From: Actinomycetota bacterium
GTDB lineage: Bacteria > Actinomycetota > Actinomycetes > JBMOMH01
Direction: 5' to 3'
Length of the DNA stretch: 48,623 bases
Assembly: GCA_049323135.1 (NCBI GenBank)
Contig: JBMOMH010000295.1
Coordinates: 1 to 48,623, forward strand
Part shown: positions 33,285-42,541 of the stretch, in pieces
Position numbering within the stretch: position 1 is the first letter of the stretch
How the letters are laid out: the number at the start of each line of letters is the position of its first letter
Position numbers and translations under genes: made by a program
Notes under the pieces: generated by a model
What the model saw: the letters and a program-made list of their open reading frames with translations, nothing else
The model's database searches: none
What the model was told of the DNA's origin: nothing

Positions 33285-33920
33285 TTATCCCGAGTCGGTC
33301 CGACCGGTCGCCGCACGCACGGCCGCGGCACTCGCGGTGTCGCCCCGGGCTTCGAGTCCCCGGATGACGCCGTCGATGTCCGCCGCCGGTCGGTTCTGGC
33401 TGAGCTTGAACTTCGCCTCGATCCCTGCGATGCGCACCTCCACCCCGACGATGGCGCGAAGCTGTCCGGCGACGTACGCCGCCGGCGCGTCGTCCACCGA
33501 CCACGGTCGAGCGCTGCCGGCCTCGTGTCGGTCGGTGAGTCGGCGTACCAGGTCCTCGAGCCAGACGACGTCGTCGTGTACGACGAGCTCCCCGTAGACG
33601 TGTGCGGTCACGTAGTTCCAGGTGGGCACGACCCTGCCGTGCTCGGCCTTGGACGCGTACCAGGACGGGCTGACGTAGGCGTCCGGGCCCCGGACGATGA
33701 CCATCGCCTTACCGAGCACGGGCTGGCGCCACTGCTCGTTGTTGCGGGCCAGGTGCCCGAGCAGGGCGCCGCGGCTGGACACCTCCGGCGCGTAGACGAA
33801 GGGCAGGAAGGTCGCCAGCAGCCCTCGCGGCGTCGCGGTGACCAGGTCGGCCGCGCCCATCCGGGCCAGCAGGCCCTGCACCGCGCGCTCGTCCGGGGCG
33901 AAGGCCGCGGGCACGTACAT
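33285..33920 (-). CDS. FMN-binding negative transcriptional regulator, PaiB family
   Basis: The ATG at 33920 gives 211 aa: MYVPAAFAPDE...GHLARNNEQW...VPTWNYVTAHVYG...KFKLSQNRPAADIDGV. These are typical PaiB motifs. Confidence 0.85.
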   Translation of the reverse strand: MYVPAAFAPDERAVQGLLARMGAADLVTATPRGLLATFLPFVYAPEVSSRGALLGHLARNNEQWRQPVLGKAMVIVRGPDAYVSPSWYASKAEHGRVVPTWNYVTAHVYGELVVHDDVVWLEDLVRRLTDRHEAGSARPWSVDDAPAAYVAGQLRAIVGVEVRIAGIEAKFKLSQNRPAADIDGVIRGLEARGDTASAAAVRAATGRTDSG

Positions 33921-34072
33921 CAGGACGTCCGCCAGGGGCGCACCCCGGCAGTCTAGGCCGGCAGCCGCCACCCCAGGGCGGGCCGGCGCCCCGGGCGCCC
34001 TTGGACCCGCCGCGTACGCGGCTGCCCTGACCGGGTCGGCGAGCGCATCGGGGCGGCGCTACCGTCTGGTTC

Positions 34073-34461
34073 GTGAGCCTCGTCGCGCTCGGGCCCAGCC
34101 CGTTGCTGGGCTGTGCCATGTGGCAGCCGGTGGCATCCGTCCTGAAGGAGTCGAGACGTCGAGTCGTGGCTATCGACGTCGGAGGTCCAGCCCCCGCCAC
34201 CGCGCAGGACGCCCTCTGGGCTTACAGCGCAGGCTGCCCCTGTCCTACTTCGAGGATGCGGTACCGGTGCCATCGGGGTGGGCGCACCGTCCCTGTGGGT
34301 ACCTGGCGTTCGGGGAGACCTACCAGGTGGAGGTGGAAGCTGCCCGTCGGCTTGGCTGGCCGGTTCGAACCCTCGACGGGAAGCACTTGGAGATGGTCGT
34401 GCACCCGATGGCCGTCGCCAACGCCATACTGTCTCTCCTTGCGGAAGCCGACCACCGATGA
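34073..34461 (+). pseudogene. Alpha/beta-hydrolase-family gene remnant (internal deletion plus frame change near 34220)
   Basis: Frame A reads VSLVALGPSPLLGCAMWQPVASVLKESRRRVVAIDV.... Frame B reads ...LSYFEDAVPVPSGWAHRPCGYLAFGETYQVEVEAARRLGWPVRTLDGKHLEMVVHPMAVANAILSLL*. These look like the N- and C-termini of a ~220-aa actinobacterial hydrolase family whose catalytic middle is absent. Confidence 0.5.
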
Positions 34462-34532
34462 GCCCTTCCACCACGGCCGCACCAACCTGGCCTGCGTGAC
34501 CGCCTTGGCTTGACGGGATGGTCGAGTCAGGG

Positions 34533-34550
34533 GAGCATGCGCGCATGCTC
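34533..34550. promoter_or_regulatory. Perfect 18-bp palindrome gagcatgcgcgcatgctc covering the RBS-to-start region of the VOC gene
   Basis: I checked self-complementarity by hand. It contains the likely start ATG at 34545 and abuts GGGAG at 34531-34535. Confidence 0.35.
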
Positions 34551-34916
34551 GACCACCTGGCCATCCAGTGTGCGAACCTGGCGGCCAGCGCCGCCTTCTA
34601 CGACGCCGTTCTCGCCCCGCTCGGTGGCCGACGCCTCATGGAGTTCCCCGAGACGATCGGCTTCGGCGTGCCCCCCAAGCCCGACTTGTGGCTCGGTGTG
34701 CAACGGACCGGGGAGGGCTTTCGTGAGTCACACATCGCGTTCGCCGCCCCCGACCGTGCCACCGTGCGCGCGTTCTTCGAGGCCGCGACCCGCGCCGGGG
34801 CCGAGGTGCTGCACGAGCCGCGGCTGTGGCCCGAGTACCACCCCACCTACCACGCGGCCTTCGTGCGTGACCCGGACGGCAACAACGTCGAGGCGGTCTG
34901 CCACACCCCGGAGTAG
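34545..34916 (+). CDS. VOC/glyoxalase-bleomycin-resistance family protein
   Basis: It reads MLDHLAIQCANLAASAAFYDAVLAPLG...AFVRDPDGNNVEAVCH. The alternative upstream ATG at 34518 lacks an RBS. Confidence 0.85.
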   Translation: MLDHLAIQCANLAASAAFYDAVLAPLGGRRLMEFPETIGFGVPPKPDLWLGVQRTGEGFRESHIAFAAPDRATVRAFFEAATRAGAEVLHEPRLWPEYHPTYHAAFVRDPDGNNVEAVCHTPE

Positions 34917-34960
34917 CGACGCTCCCCGGGGTCCGGGCTGTCCGGAGCAGCCGGGTCAAT

Positions 34961-36595
34961 TCACAGGGCCGTGTCCCCGCACAGGTGTACCCGCAGGCCC
35001 AGCGCCTCGAGCATGGCCGCCTTCGCCAGCAGCGCCTTGTCCGCCGTGGCCGCGTCGGGGGCGTAGGCCACGTTCAGGTGGTTGGCCTTGTGGCGCGCCA
35101 TGAACTGGTTGCGGCTGACCCCGTGCAGGACGGCGTGCATGATGGGCCACTGCGGCGTGGTGGCGTTGAGCCGCCGCTGGGTCTCCTCCGCCGGCAGCGC
35201 CAGGACGCTGGCCCGACCGAGGTCGGCGTGCAGCGCCCCGTCCATGAGGAAGACGCGGGACCACACGATCTCCCCGGGCTTGGACACCCCGCTGAGCGTC
35301 CCCCCGCCCAGGGGGAAGTACATCGGGGGCTGGCGCATGCTCCACGACCTGTCGTACCCGCCGTTGTGGGAGGCGGGGACCGAGCCGGAGATCTCGAAGA
35401 CCCACACGAACTGGCCGTCGTACTCCTGGCCCCAGCGGACGTCGTGCAACGTGGTCGCGGGGTCCAGCCCCATGGCGGTCCACACCCGGTTGGTCACCAG
35501 GGCGTCCACCGCGGCCCCCTCGTCGACCTCGTTGAAGTGCGGCAGCGGCGCCCCGGCATACAGCTCCCGGCTGCCGTCGCGACTGCGCACCGGGGGGCGC
35601 TGCACGTTGTTGAGCAGACCTTCGGCCAAGTCACTTGCTGGTACGACGTCCTTCAGGCCTTGCTGGTACTGGATGCCGACTGCGTCCAGGCCGAAGTCGT
35701 CGGCCATGCGTAGCGCCGCGACGTACATCTTGAACTGGCTGTGCAGCTGTGCGTCGGTGAGCTCGGTGGCCTCGTCGGCCCCGGTGTGGAAGGTCAGTCC
35801 GGCGCGCTCCAGCCAGGATCGGACCGCGTGCGCCTCGGCGTCCGGCACCCGTGCCATCTCCGCCACGAGGGCGCTCTGGGACAGCCGCTCCTTGTAGATG
35901 CCCAGCGGGTTGAGCAGCTCGTCGTCGAAGATGGCGTTGTACATGCCCATGCAGCCCTCGTCGAAGACGCCGAGGATGGCCTTCTCGGTGACCAGCTGAC
36001 GGGCGAGCGCCTGACCGAGGTCGACCTCCGGCGCGGCAGGCAGCGGGGGCAGCTCCCGCACGTGGCTGGTGTCGTGGGTCAGGCTGCCGGTGTCCAGCCA
36101 CGTCTTGAGCCCCTGGGTGGCCCAGTCGTCGGTGAAGTCCTCGCTCCACAGCAGCGAGTAGGGTCGGCCCGCCTTGGTCAGGCTCCCGGCCAGGTTCAGC
36201 AGCCCCACCAGGCCCGGGTAGGTGCCGCTCCAGTTCGCCACGACGAGCACCGGCCCCCGGTGGCTGCGCAGCCCGGCCAGCACGTGATGGCTGTACTGCC
36301 AGACCGCCTCAACGACGATGAGCGGGGCGTCGGCCGGCAGCTGGCGGAAGACCTCGATCCCGGCCCGCTGGCTGTCGATGAAGCCGTGGCCCTTGGCCCG
36401 ATCCACCGGATGGCCTCGCCGGGAGGTCCAGCCCAGCCGCTGGAGGGCGGCGGCCAGGTCCAGTTCCAGCTTCTCCTGCACCGGCCAGCAGGTCACGTTT
36501 GCCGCGGGGCGCATGTCGCCGCTCGCGACGGCGTACACCACGCCAGGCTCGGCGGCCGGTGGCTGCCCGAGCCGGGGCATCGCGTAGGTGTTCAT
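34961..36595 (-). CDS. L-fucose/L-arabinose isomerase-family sugar isomerase
   Basis: The ATG at 36595 (RBS GGGAG) gives 544 aa. The large isomerase-like sequence includes ILGVFDEGCMGMYNAI and GIQYQQGLKD. The track ORF extends upstream artefactually. Confidence 0.75.
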   Translation of the reverse strand: MNTYAMPRLGQPPAAEPGVVYAVASGDMRPAANVTCWPVQEKLELDLAAALQRLGWTSRRGHPVDRAKGHGFIDSQRAGIEVFRQLPADAPLIVVEAVWQYSHHVLAGLRSHRGPVLVVANWSGTYPGLVGLLNLAGSLTKAGRPYSLLWSEDFTDDWATQGLKTWLDTGSLTHDTSHVRELPPLPAAPEVDLGQALARQLVTEKAILGVFDEGCMGMYNAIFDDELLNPLGIYKERLSQSALVAEMARVPDAEAHAVRSWLERAGLTFHTGADEATELTDAQLHSQFKMYVAALRMADDFGLDAVGIQYQQGLKDVVPASDLAEGLLNNVQRPPVRSRDGSRELYAGAPLPHFNEVDEGAAVDALVTNRVWTAMGLDPATTLHDVRWGQEYDGQFVWVFEISGSVPASHNGGYDRSWSMRQPPMYFPLGGGTLSGVSKPGEIVWSRVFLMDGALHADLGRASVLALPAEETQRRLNATTPQWPIMHAVLHGVSRNQFMARHKANHLNVAYAPDAATADKALLAKAAMLEALGLRVHLCGDTAL

Positions 36596-36626
36596 TGGGG
36601 CTCCCTGGAGTCGACTGGAGGTGGGC

Positions 36627-38105
36627 CTAGCGGTGCTGGCGGTCCGCAAGCGCGTGGACGATGTCGGCGGTGTTCGTGTACAGCTGGCGATACAGGGCGT
36701 AGACGGTGTCGTGGTAGGCGGCCACGTCCGGGCGCGGGGAAACCGACTCCCGCACCGGGTTCCAGGCGTCGATCGAGACGTCCTCGACCAGCTGGGCGGC
36801 GAGCCAGGCGTCGCCGTAGCTCGCGCCGACGGTGATGGACCGCACCTCCTGCTCCCGCCCGGTGATGTCGGAGACCACCTGAACCCACAACCGGCCCTGG
36901 GTCCCACCGCCGACCGCGACGATGCGGCGGACGTCTCCCCCCGCGGCCTCGAGGGTCTCTAGGTTGTGGCGGACCGCGTAGCCGGTGGCCTCCAGCGCCG
37001 CCCGGTACAGGTCGCCCGGACCGTGCGACAGCGTCAGGCCGGCGAGCACGCCGCGGGCCCGCGGGTCCATCAGCGGTGTCCGTTCGCCGGCGAAGTAGGG
37101 CAGCAGGAGCAGGCCGTTGGCGCCGGTGCCGGCCTGTTCGGCGAGCCGCAGCAGCTCGGGGTAGCCGGGGGAGCCGAAGAGCTCCCGCAGCCAGCTGGTG
37201 ACCGAGCCCGACGTGGCCATCCCGCCGGCCAGGTTCCTCGTGCCCGGCAGCGCCCCCACCGTGCCCCACAAGGCGGGGCTGCTGAGGCGGTCCGGGACGG
37301 TGTGGACGAGGAACATCGTCGTGCCGTACATCAGCATCAGGTCGCCCACGCCCTGCGCGCCGACGCTGAGGGCCTCCGCCCAGGCGTCGATGGTCCCGGT
37401 GGTCACCGGTACGCCGGGCGGCAGGCCGGTCGCCGCGGCGGCCGCCGCCGTCACCACACCCGCCGGCTCACCGGACCAGCGCAGGGCGGGCAGCTCGATG
37501 CCGGGCGCGACCAGGTCGGCCCACGGGCGGTACCAGGCCAGGGCAGCCGTGTCGTAGAGCGGGGTGCACTGGCTCGCCGTGTGGTGGTCGAGGACGTAGG
37601 CCCCGGTCAGCTTCCGGGTCAGCCAGGAGTTCGGCCCGTAGAACCGCCGCGCCCGGGCGAAGGTCTGCGGCTCCTCGTCCGAGACCCACGCGATCTTCGG
37701 CCCGGCCGCCTGCGAGGTGAGCGCCGACCCGCACCGGTCCAGGATGTCCGCGGCGCCGAGCTGCGCCTCCAGCCGCTCGATCTGGGTGGTCGACCGAGTG
37801 TCGACGCCGTAGAGGATCGCCGGTCGCAAGGGCCGGTCGTCCTCGTCGGTCAGCAGGACGCAGGGACCCATGCCGCTGACGCCGACCGCGCGGATGTCGA
37901 CCCCTTCGGTCGGGAGCAGCTCGCCGACGAGGGCGACGAACTCGTCCCACCACAGGCCGGCGTCCATCTCGAACTGCCCCGGTGCTGGGCGGTCGACCTG
38001 GTGCTCCCGGGTGGCCATCCGCAGCAGCCGTCCCTCGAGGTCCACGAGGACCGCCTTGCTGCTGGAGGTGCCGATGTCCACACCGACGACTGCGGGACGG
38101 CGCAT
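36627..38105 (-). CDS. FGGY-family carbohydrate kinase (xylulo-/fuculokinase-like)
   Basis: 492 aa: VVGVDIGTSSSKAVLVD..., ...GGGTQG.... Confidence 0.9.
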   Translation of the reverse strand: MRRPAVVGVDIGTSSSKAVLVDLEGRLLRMATREHQVDRPAPGQFEMDAGLWWDEFVALVGELLPTEGVDIRAVGVSGMGPCVLLTDEDDRPLRPAILYGVDTRSTTQIERLEAQLGAADILDRCGSALTSQAAGPKIAWVSDEEPQTFARARRFYGPNSWLTRKLTGAYVLDHHTASQCTPLYDTAALAWYRPWADLVAPGIELPALRWSGEPAGVVTAAAAAATGLPPGVPVTTGTIDAWAEALSVGAQGVGDLMLMYGTTMFLVHTVPDRLSSPALWGTVGALPGTRNLAGGMATSGSVTSWLRELFGSPGYPELLRLAEQAGTGANGLLLLPYFAGERTPLMDPRARGVLAGLTLSHGPGDLYRAALEATGYAVRHNLETLEAAGGDVRRIVAVGGGTQGRLWVQVVSDITGREQEVRSITVGASYGDAWLAAQLVEDVSIDAWNPVRESVSPRPDVAAYHDTVYALYRQLYTNTADIVHALADRQHR

Positions 38106-38118
38106 GCCGGTACGGTGG

Positions 38119-38136
38119 CAGAAATCGATTTCAGGG
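38119..38136. promoter_or_regulatory. LacI-family operator candidate (copy 1), core palindrome GAAATCGATTTC
   Basis: cagaaatcgatttcaggg. On the reverse strand TGAAATCGATTTCT fits the LacI/GalR consensus TGnAAnCGnTTnCA at 13 of 14 positions. It lies between the LacI stop and the kinase start. An identical 18-mer is at 42517-42534. Confidence 0.6.
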
Positions 38137-39135
38137 TCAAGACCCGACCTCCGTGCGGCCGGGCTCGTCGTACCCGGTGGGCACGACCACCGTCTGCGCG
38201 GCGCGCTTGTCCCCGCGGATGCGCGCCAGCAGCAGGTCGGCTGCGATCATCCCGAGCCGGCGCGTCGGCCAGCTCAGCACCGTGACGGGCACGTCCGCCC
38301 AGGTGGGGAACGGGAGCTCGCCGAGGGAGGCGAGCCCCACCTGCGGTGGCCGCTGGCCGACCTCCGCCAGATGCTGCATCGCACCCACCGTCATGAGGTT
38401 GTTGCACACCACGACGGCGTCCGGGGGGCGGGCCAGCCGGAGCAGGCTGGCCATCGCCGCACGCCCCCCCTTGGTGCGGTAGTCGCCGTGCCGGAGGTAG
38501 GTGCTCGGCTTGGCGCCTGGGGTGCGCTCGGTGAAGACGGTGCGCCAGCCGGCGGCCCGCTCGTCGGCGGTCTGGATGCCCCGCGGCCCGGTGATGCAGG
38601 CCACCCGGCGGAAGCCCTGCTCGTAGAGCATCGTGGTGGCGCGGCGCGCGGCGTCCTCGTTGTCGAGCAGTACGGCGTCCACCGGGTAGCCCGGGGCCGA
38701 GCGGTCCACCGCGACGACCGGAGTGCCCCGCCCGAGGACCGCGTCGAGGTTGGTGCTGGCGGATGCCGGCGCGAGGATGATGCCCGCCATGTGCTCGGAC
38801 AGCGCGATGTCCAGGTAGCGCGCCTCCTTCGCCGGCATCTCGTCGGTGTTGCACAGGACCACCGAGTAGCCGGCGGAGATCGCCCGGTCCTCCACCCCCC
38901 GGGACAGCGCGGTGAAGAAGGGGTTCTCGATGTCCGGGATGACCAGCGCGATGATCTCCGAGCTGCGGCGACGCAGGGTGCGGGCCGTGCGGTTGGGCCG
39001 GAAGTTCAGGCTGTCGGCGGCCTCCCGGACGCGAGCGGCGTACGCCGGGGACACCGCCGCGCCGTTGAGCACCCGCGACACGGTCGCGGGGGAGACCCCG
39101 GCCAGTGCGGCAACTTCGTAGATCGTCGCGGCCAT
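38137..39135 (-). CDS. LacI-family transcriptional regulator
   Basis: 332 aa. The N-terminal HTH reads ATIYEVAALAGVSPATVSRVLNG, followed by a periplasmic-binding-fold effector domain. Confidence 0.92.
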   Translation of the reverse strand: MAATIYEVAALAGVSPATVSRVLNGAAVSPAYAARVREAADSLNFRPNRTARTLRRRSSEIIALVIPDIENPFFTALSRGVEDRAISAGYSVVLCNTDEMPAKEARYLDIALSEHMAGIILAPASASTNLDAVLGRGTPVVAVDRSAPGYPVDAVLLDNEDAARRATTMLYEQGFRRVACITGPRGIQTADERAAGWRTVFTERTPGAKPSTYLRHGDYRTKGGRAAMASLLRLARPPDAVVVCNNLMTVGAMQHLAEVGQRPPQVGLASLGELPFPTWADVPVTVLSWPTRRLGMIAADLLLARIRGDKRAAQTVVVPTGYDEPGRTEVGS

Positions 39136-39258
39136 GATGGCTGCAGGCTACCCCGGCCGCGGGCTCCGTCCCCTCTCGACGGAATGTCGCCCCAGAGATC
39201 CGGTCAATCGCGGCCGCAGCTGGGGTTGGCACTCAGGACGCTCCTTCGGCTTGGCACG

Positions 39259-39288
39259 TTGACCGGCCAGACATCTGATGTCTAGGCT
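39259..39288 (+). promoter_or_regulatory. Candidate promoter TTGACC-N18-TAGGCT with a 15-bp palindromic operator (agacatctgatgtct, 39269-39283) in the spacer
   Basis: The hexamers and palindrome are read directly. They lie 30 nt upstream of the fuconate dehydratase GTG (RBS gggagg at 39305-39310), in the divergent LacI/fucD intergenic region. Confidence 0.45.
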
Positions 39289-39318
39289 GCCTTGTCGTCG
39301 TGACGGGAGGGTCGCCGG

Positions 39319-40605
39319 GTGAGCCGGATCACTGCGCTCGAGGTGGTCGACGTCCGGTTCCCGACCTCGCTGTCCCGGGCCGGGTCCGATGCCATGAACC
39401 CCGATCCCGACTACTCGGCCAGCTACCTGCGCCTGCGCACCGACGCGGGCGACGGGCACGAGGGATGCGCCTTCGTGTTCACAATCGGCCGCGGCAACGA
39501 CGTCCAGGTGGCCGCCATCGAGGCGCTCGCCGGCTTCGTCGTCGGCCGGGACCTGGGCGCCCTGCTGGACGACATGGGTGGCGTGTGGCGCCTGCTGGTA
39601 CACGACTCGCAGCTGCGCTGGCTGGGCCCGGAGAAGGGCGTCATGCATATGGCCATCGGCGCGGTGGTCAACGCCCTGTGGGACCTGAAGGCCAAGCGCG
39701 CGGGGAAGCCCCTCTGGCAGCTGCTGTCGTCGATGAGCCCGGAGGAGCTCGTCGACCTGGTCGACTTCCGGTACCTCACCGACGCCCTGACCCGTGCCGA
39801 GGCGTTGGAGATGCTGCGCGCCGCGGAGCCCGGGCGGGCGGGACGCCGGGACCGGCTCACCGCGGAGGGCTACCCGGCGTACACCACGACACCGGGTTGG
39901 CTGGGGTACGACGACGAGCGGCTCCGCCGGCTCTGCCAGGAGGCGGTGGCGGCAGGGTTCACCCAGATCAAGCTGAAGGTCGGGGCCGACCTCGCCGACG
40001 ACGTACGGCGGCTGTCGATCGCCAGGGACGCCGTCGGGCCCACGGTGCGCATCGCCATCGACGCGAACCAGCGCTGGGACGTGCCGGAGGCGATCTCCTG
40101 GGTGAAGAAGCTGGAGCACTACGACCTGGCCTGGATCGAGGAGCCCACCAGCCCGGACGACATCCTCGGGCATGCTGCGATCGCCCGGGCCGTCGCGCCG
40201 GTCCGCGTGGCCACGGGCGAGCATCTGGCCAACCGTGTCGTGGTCAAGCAGTTCCTGCAGGCCGGCGCCGTGCAGGTGCTGCAGCTCGACGCGACACGGG
40301 TCGCCGGGGTCAACGAGAACCTGGCCATCCTCCTGCTCGCGGCGAAGTTCGGCATCCCCGTCTGCCCGCACGCCGGGGGGGTCGGGCTCTGCGAAGCCGT
40401 CCAGCACCTGGCCATGTTCGACTTCGTCGCCGTGTCGGGCTCGCTGGACGGTCGCAGCATCGAGTACGTCGACCACCTCCACGAGCACTTCGTCACGCCG
40501 GTCGTCGTACGCAATGGCCGGTACCACGCGCCCAGCGCACCCGGCGCCGGCACCGAGATGCTCCCCACCTCCGTGCACGAGCACGCCGTGGCGCGCCATG
40601 CCTGA
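39319..40605 (+). CDS. fucD: L-fuconate dehydratase (enolase superfamily, mandelate racemase subgroup)
   Basis: 428 aa. The N-terminus [39 protein letters not shown] closely resembles the characterised Xanthomonas FucD N-terminus as I recall it. Confidence 0.85.
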   Translation: MSRITALEVVDVRFPTSLSRAGSDAMNPDPDYSASYLRLRTDAGDGHEGCAFVFTIGRGNDVQVAAIEALAGFVVGRDLGALLDDMGGVWRLLVHDSQLRWLGPEKGVMHMAIGAVVNALWDLKAKRAGKPLWQLLSSMSPEELVDLVDFRYLTDALTRAEALEMLRAAEPGRAGRRDRLTAEGYPAYTTTPGWLGYDDERLRRLCQEAVAAGFTQIKLKVGADLADDVRRLSIARDAVGPTVRIAIDANQRWDVPEAISWVKKLEHYDLAWIEEPTSPDDILGHAAIARAVAPVRVATGEHLANRVVVKQFLQAGAVQVLQLDATRVAGVNENLAILLLAAKFGIPVCPHAGGVGLCEAVQHLAMFDFVAVSGSLDGRSIEYVDHLHEHFVTPVVVRNGRYHAPSAPGAGTEMLPTSVHEHAVARHA

Positions 40606-41575
40606 TGTGCTGCCCACACGGGCTCCCGGGTCTCTCGGTTCCCTGGGACTGGGCGCGGCGAACCTCGGCAACCTCTATCGAGAGATGACCGACGACGATG
40701 CGTGGGAGGTCCTCGCGGCGGCGTGGGACAGCGGGATCAGGTACTTCGACACTGCCCCGCACTACGGGCTGGGCCTGTCGGAGCGCCGCCTGGGGTCCTT
40801 CCTCGCCACGAGGCCGCGCTCGGCGTACGTGCTGTCGACGAAGGTCGGCCGCCTGCTCCGACCGAGCCCACAGTCGGCCCACCGGTGCGACTCCGAGCAC
40901 CACTTCGCCGTCCCGGCGTCGCTGTCCCGCGTGTGGGACTTCTCCGCCGACGGCGTCCGCCGCAGTCTGGAGGAGTCCCTCTCCCGGCTCGGACTGGACT
41001 CGGTCGACATCGTGTACCTGCACGATCCCGAGGAAGACGACCTCGTCACGGCGCTGGCGACCGGTGTTCCCGCCGCCGTAAGGCTGCGCGACGAGGGCCT
41101 GGTCCGCGCCGTCGGGATCGGCTCGAAGTCGACCGACGCGGTCCTGGCCGGCGTACGGACGGGGGCGCTCGACCTGGCCATGGTCGCGGGCCGGCTCACC
41201 CTCCTCGAGCAGCCCGCCAGCGCCGAGGTCGTCCCGGAGTGCCGGGAAAGGGGGGTCCGCCTCGTCGCCGCCGCCGTGTTCAACTCCGGAGTGCTCGCCG
41301 CCCCGAACCCGGGGCGGGGGGCCCGCTACGAGTACGCCGAGGCACCGGCGGAGGTCCTGGACCGCGCCCGGCGCATCGAGGCGGTGTGTCGTTCGTACGG
41401 CGTCGAGCTCCCCACCGCCGCCCTGCAGTTCCCGCTGCGCGAGGAGGTCGTGTCCTGCGTGGTGGTCGGCGCCGCGACTCCGGCTCAGGTGCGGGACAAC
41501 GTACGGCGCCTGCAGCAGGATGTGCCCGAGGCCCTCTGGCACGACCTTGCCGCGCAGGGGCTGGTGGCCCGGTGA
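40598..41575 (+). CDS. Aldo/keto reductase (L-fucose / D-threo-aldose 1-dehydrogenase type)
   Basis: The ATG at 40598 overlaps the fucD stop. It reads [12 protein letters not shown]...[21 protein letters not shown], 325 aa. Confidence 0.85.
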   Translation: MPDVLPTRAPGSLGSLGLGAANLGNLYREMTDDDAWEVLAAAWDSGIRYFDTAPHYGLGLSERRLGSFLATRPRSAYVLSTKVGRLLRPSPQSAHRCDSEHHFAVPASLSRVWDFSADGVRRSLEESLSRLGLDSVDIVYLHDPEEDDLVTALATGVPAAVRLRDEGLVRAVGIGSKSTDAVLAGVRTGALDLAMVAGRLTLLEQPASAEVVPECRERGVRLVAAAVFNSGVLAAPNPGRGARYEYAEAPAEVLDRARRIEAVCRSYGVELPTAALQFPLREEVVSCVVVGAATPAQVRDNVRRLQQDVPEALWHDLAAQGLVAR

Positions 41576-42450
41576 CCTGGGGCGAGGGTGCACGGGTCGA
41601 TGCGCACCTGCACATCTGGGACCTCGCCCGCAGCGCGTACGGCTGGCTGACCCCCGACCTGGGGGACCTGTACGCCACCTTCACCCCCAATCAGGCCCGC
41701 CAGGAGATGGACGCCTGCGGCATCGGGCGGGCCGTGCTCGTGCAGGCGGAGGACTCCGTCCGTGACACCGAGCTGATGCTGGAGGCGGCGGCGGCGCACC
41801 CGTGGGTCGCCGGCGTCGTGGGCTGGATCCAGCTGGACGACCCGGGCACGGCCGCCGCCCAGCTGGCCCGATGGACGGAGCACCGGGTGTTCCGAGGCGT
41901 CCGCCATCTCCTGCACAACGACCCGCGCGAGGACCTGCTGGCCCGGCCCGTGGTTCGTGCCACACTGCGCCTCGTTGCCGGGCACGGGCTCGCTCTGGAC
42001 GTGCCCGATGCGTGGCCCCGGCACCTCGGCGCGACGGCGGAGCTCGCCGCCGCCCTGCCCAACCTGCGGGTCGTCGTCGACCACCTGGGCAAGCCGCCGT
42101 TCGGCCGGCCCGACTGGCCGGCCTGGCGTGCCGCCCTGGCAGAGGTGGCGAGCCATCCCAACACGGTGGCCAAGGTCTCCGGCCTGCAGGTCCCGGAGGT
42201 CGCCTTCACCGTCAACCAGGTGCGACCGGCCTGGGAGGCGGCCCTGGAGCTGTTCGGCCCGGCGCGGCTGATGTGGGGCAGTGACTGGCCCATGACCGTG
42301 CCCTCCCCGGGCTACGCAGGCGGGTGGCAGGTGATGTCCGGACTCGTCGCCGAGCTGTCCGCCGGGGAGCAGGAGCTGCTCCTCGCGGGCACCGCGACCC
42401 GGGTCTACCGGCTGCCGCCGGCGCCGCCTGTTGCGGTAGCGCCCGGATGA
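41572..42450 (+). CDS. Amidohydrolase_2-family lactonase (L-fucono-1,5-lactonase type)
   Basis: GTGA overlap at 41572. It reads VDAHLHIWD...VVDHLGKPP...MWGSDWP, 292 aa. Confidence 0.85.
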   Translation: MTWGEGARVDAHLHIWDLARSAYGWLTPDLGDLYATFTPNQARQEMDACGIGRAVLVQAEDSVRDTELMLEAAAAHPWVAGVVGWIQLDDPGTAAAQLARWTEHRVFRGVRHLLHNDPREDLLARPVVRATLRLVAGHGLALDVPDAWPRHLGATAELAAALPNLRVVVDHLGKPPFGRPDWPAWRAALAEVASHPNTVAKVSGLQVPEVAFTVNQVRPAWEAALELFGPARLMWGSDWPMTVPSPGYAGGWQVMSGLVAELSAGEQELLLAGTATRVYRLPPAPPVAVAPG

Positions 42451-42516
42451 CCGCCAACCGGTCGGCGGCAATGTCCACTCATCCATTGACGCGGGGGCAC
42501 CGGCTTCCTACACTTC

Positions 42517-42534
42517 CAGAAATCGATTTCAGGG
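42517..42534. promoter_or_regulatory. LacI-family operator candidate (copy 2), identical 18-mer cagaaatcgatttcaggg
   Basis: Identical to 38119-38136. It overlaps the RBS (agggagg) of the mutarotase/ABC transporter operon, 8 nt before the GTG at 42542. Confidence 0.6.
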
Positions 42535-42541
42535 AGGCCCG

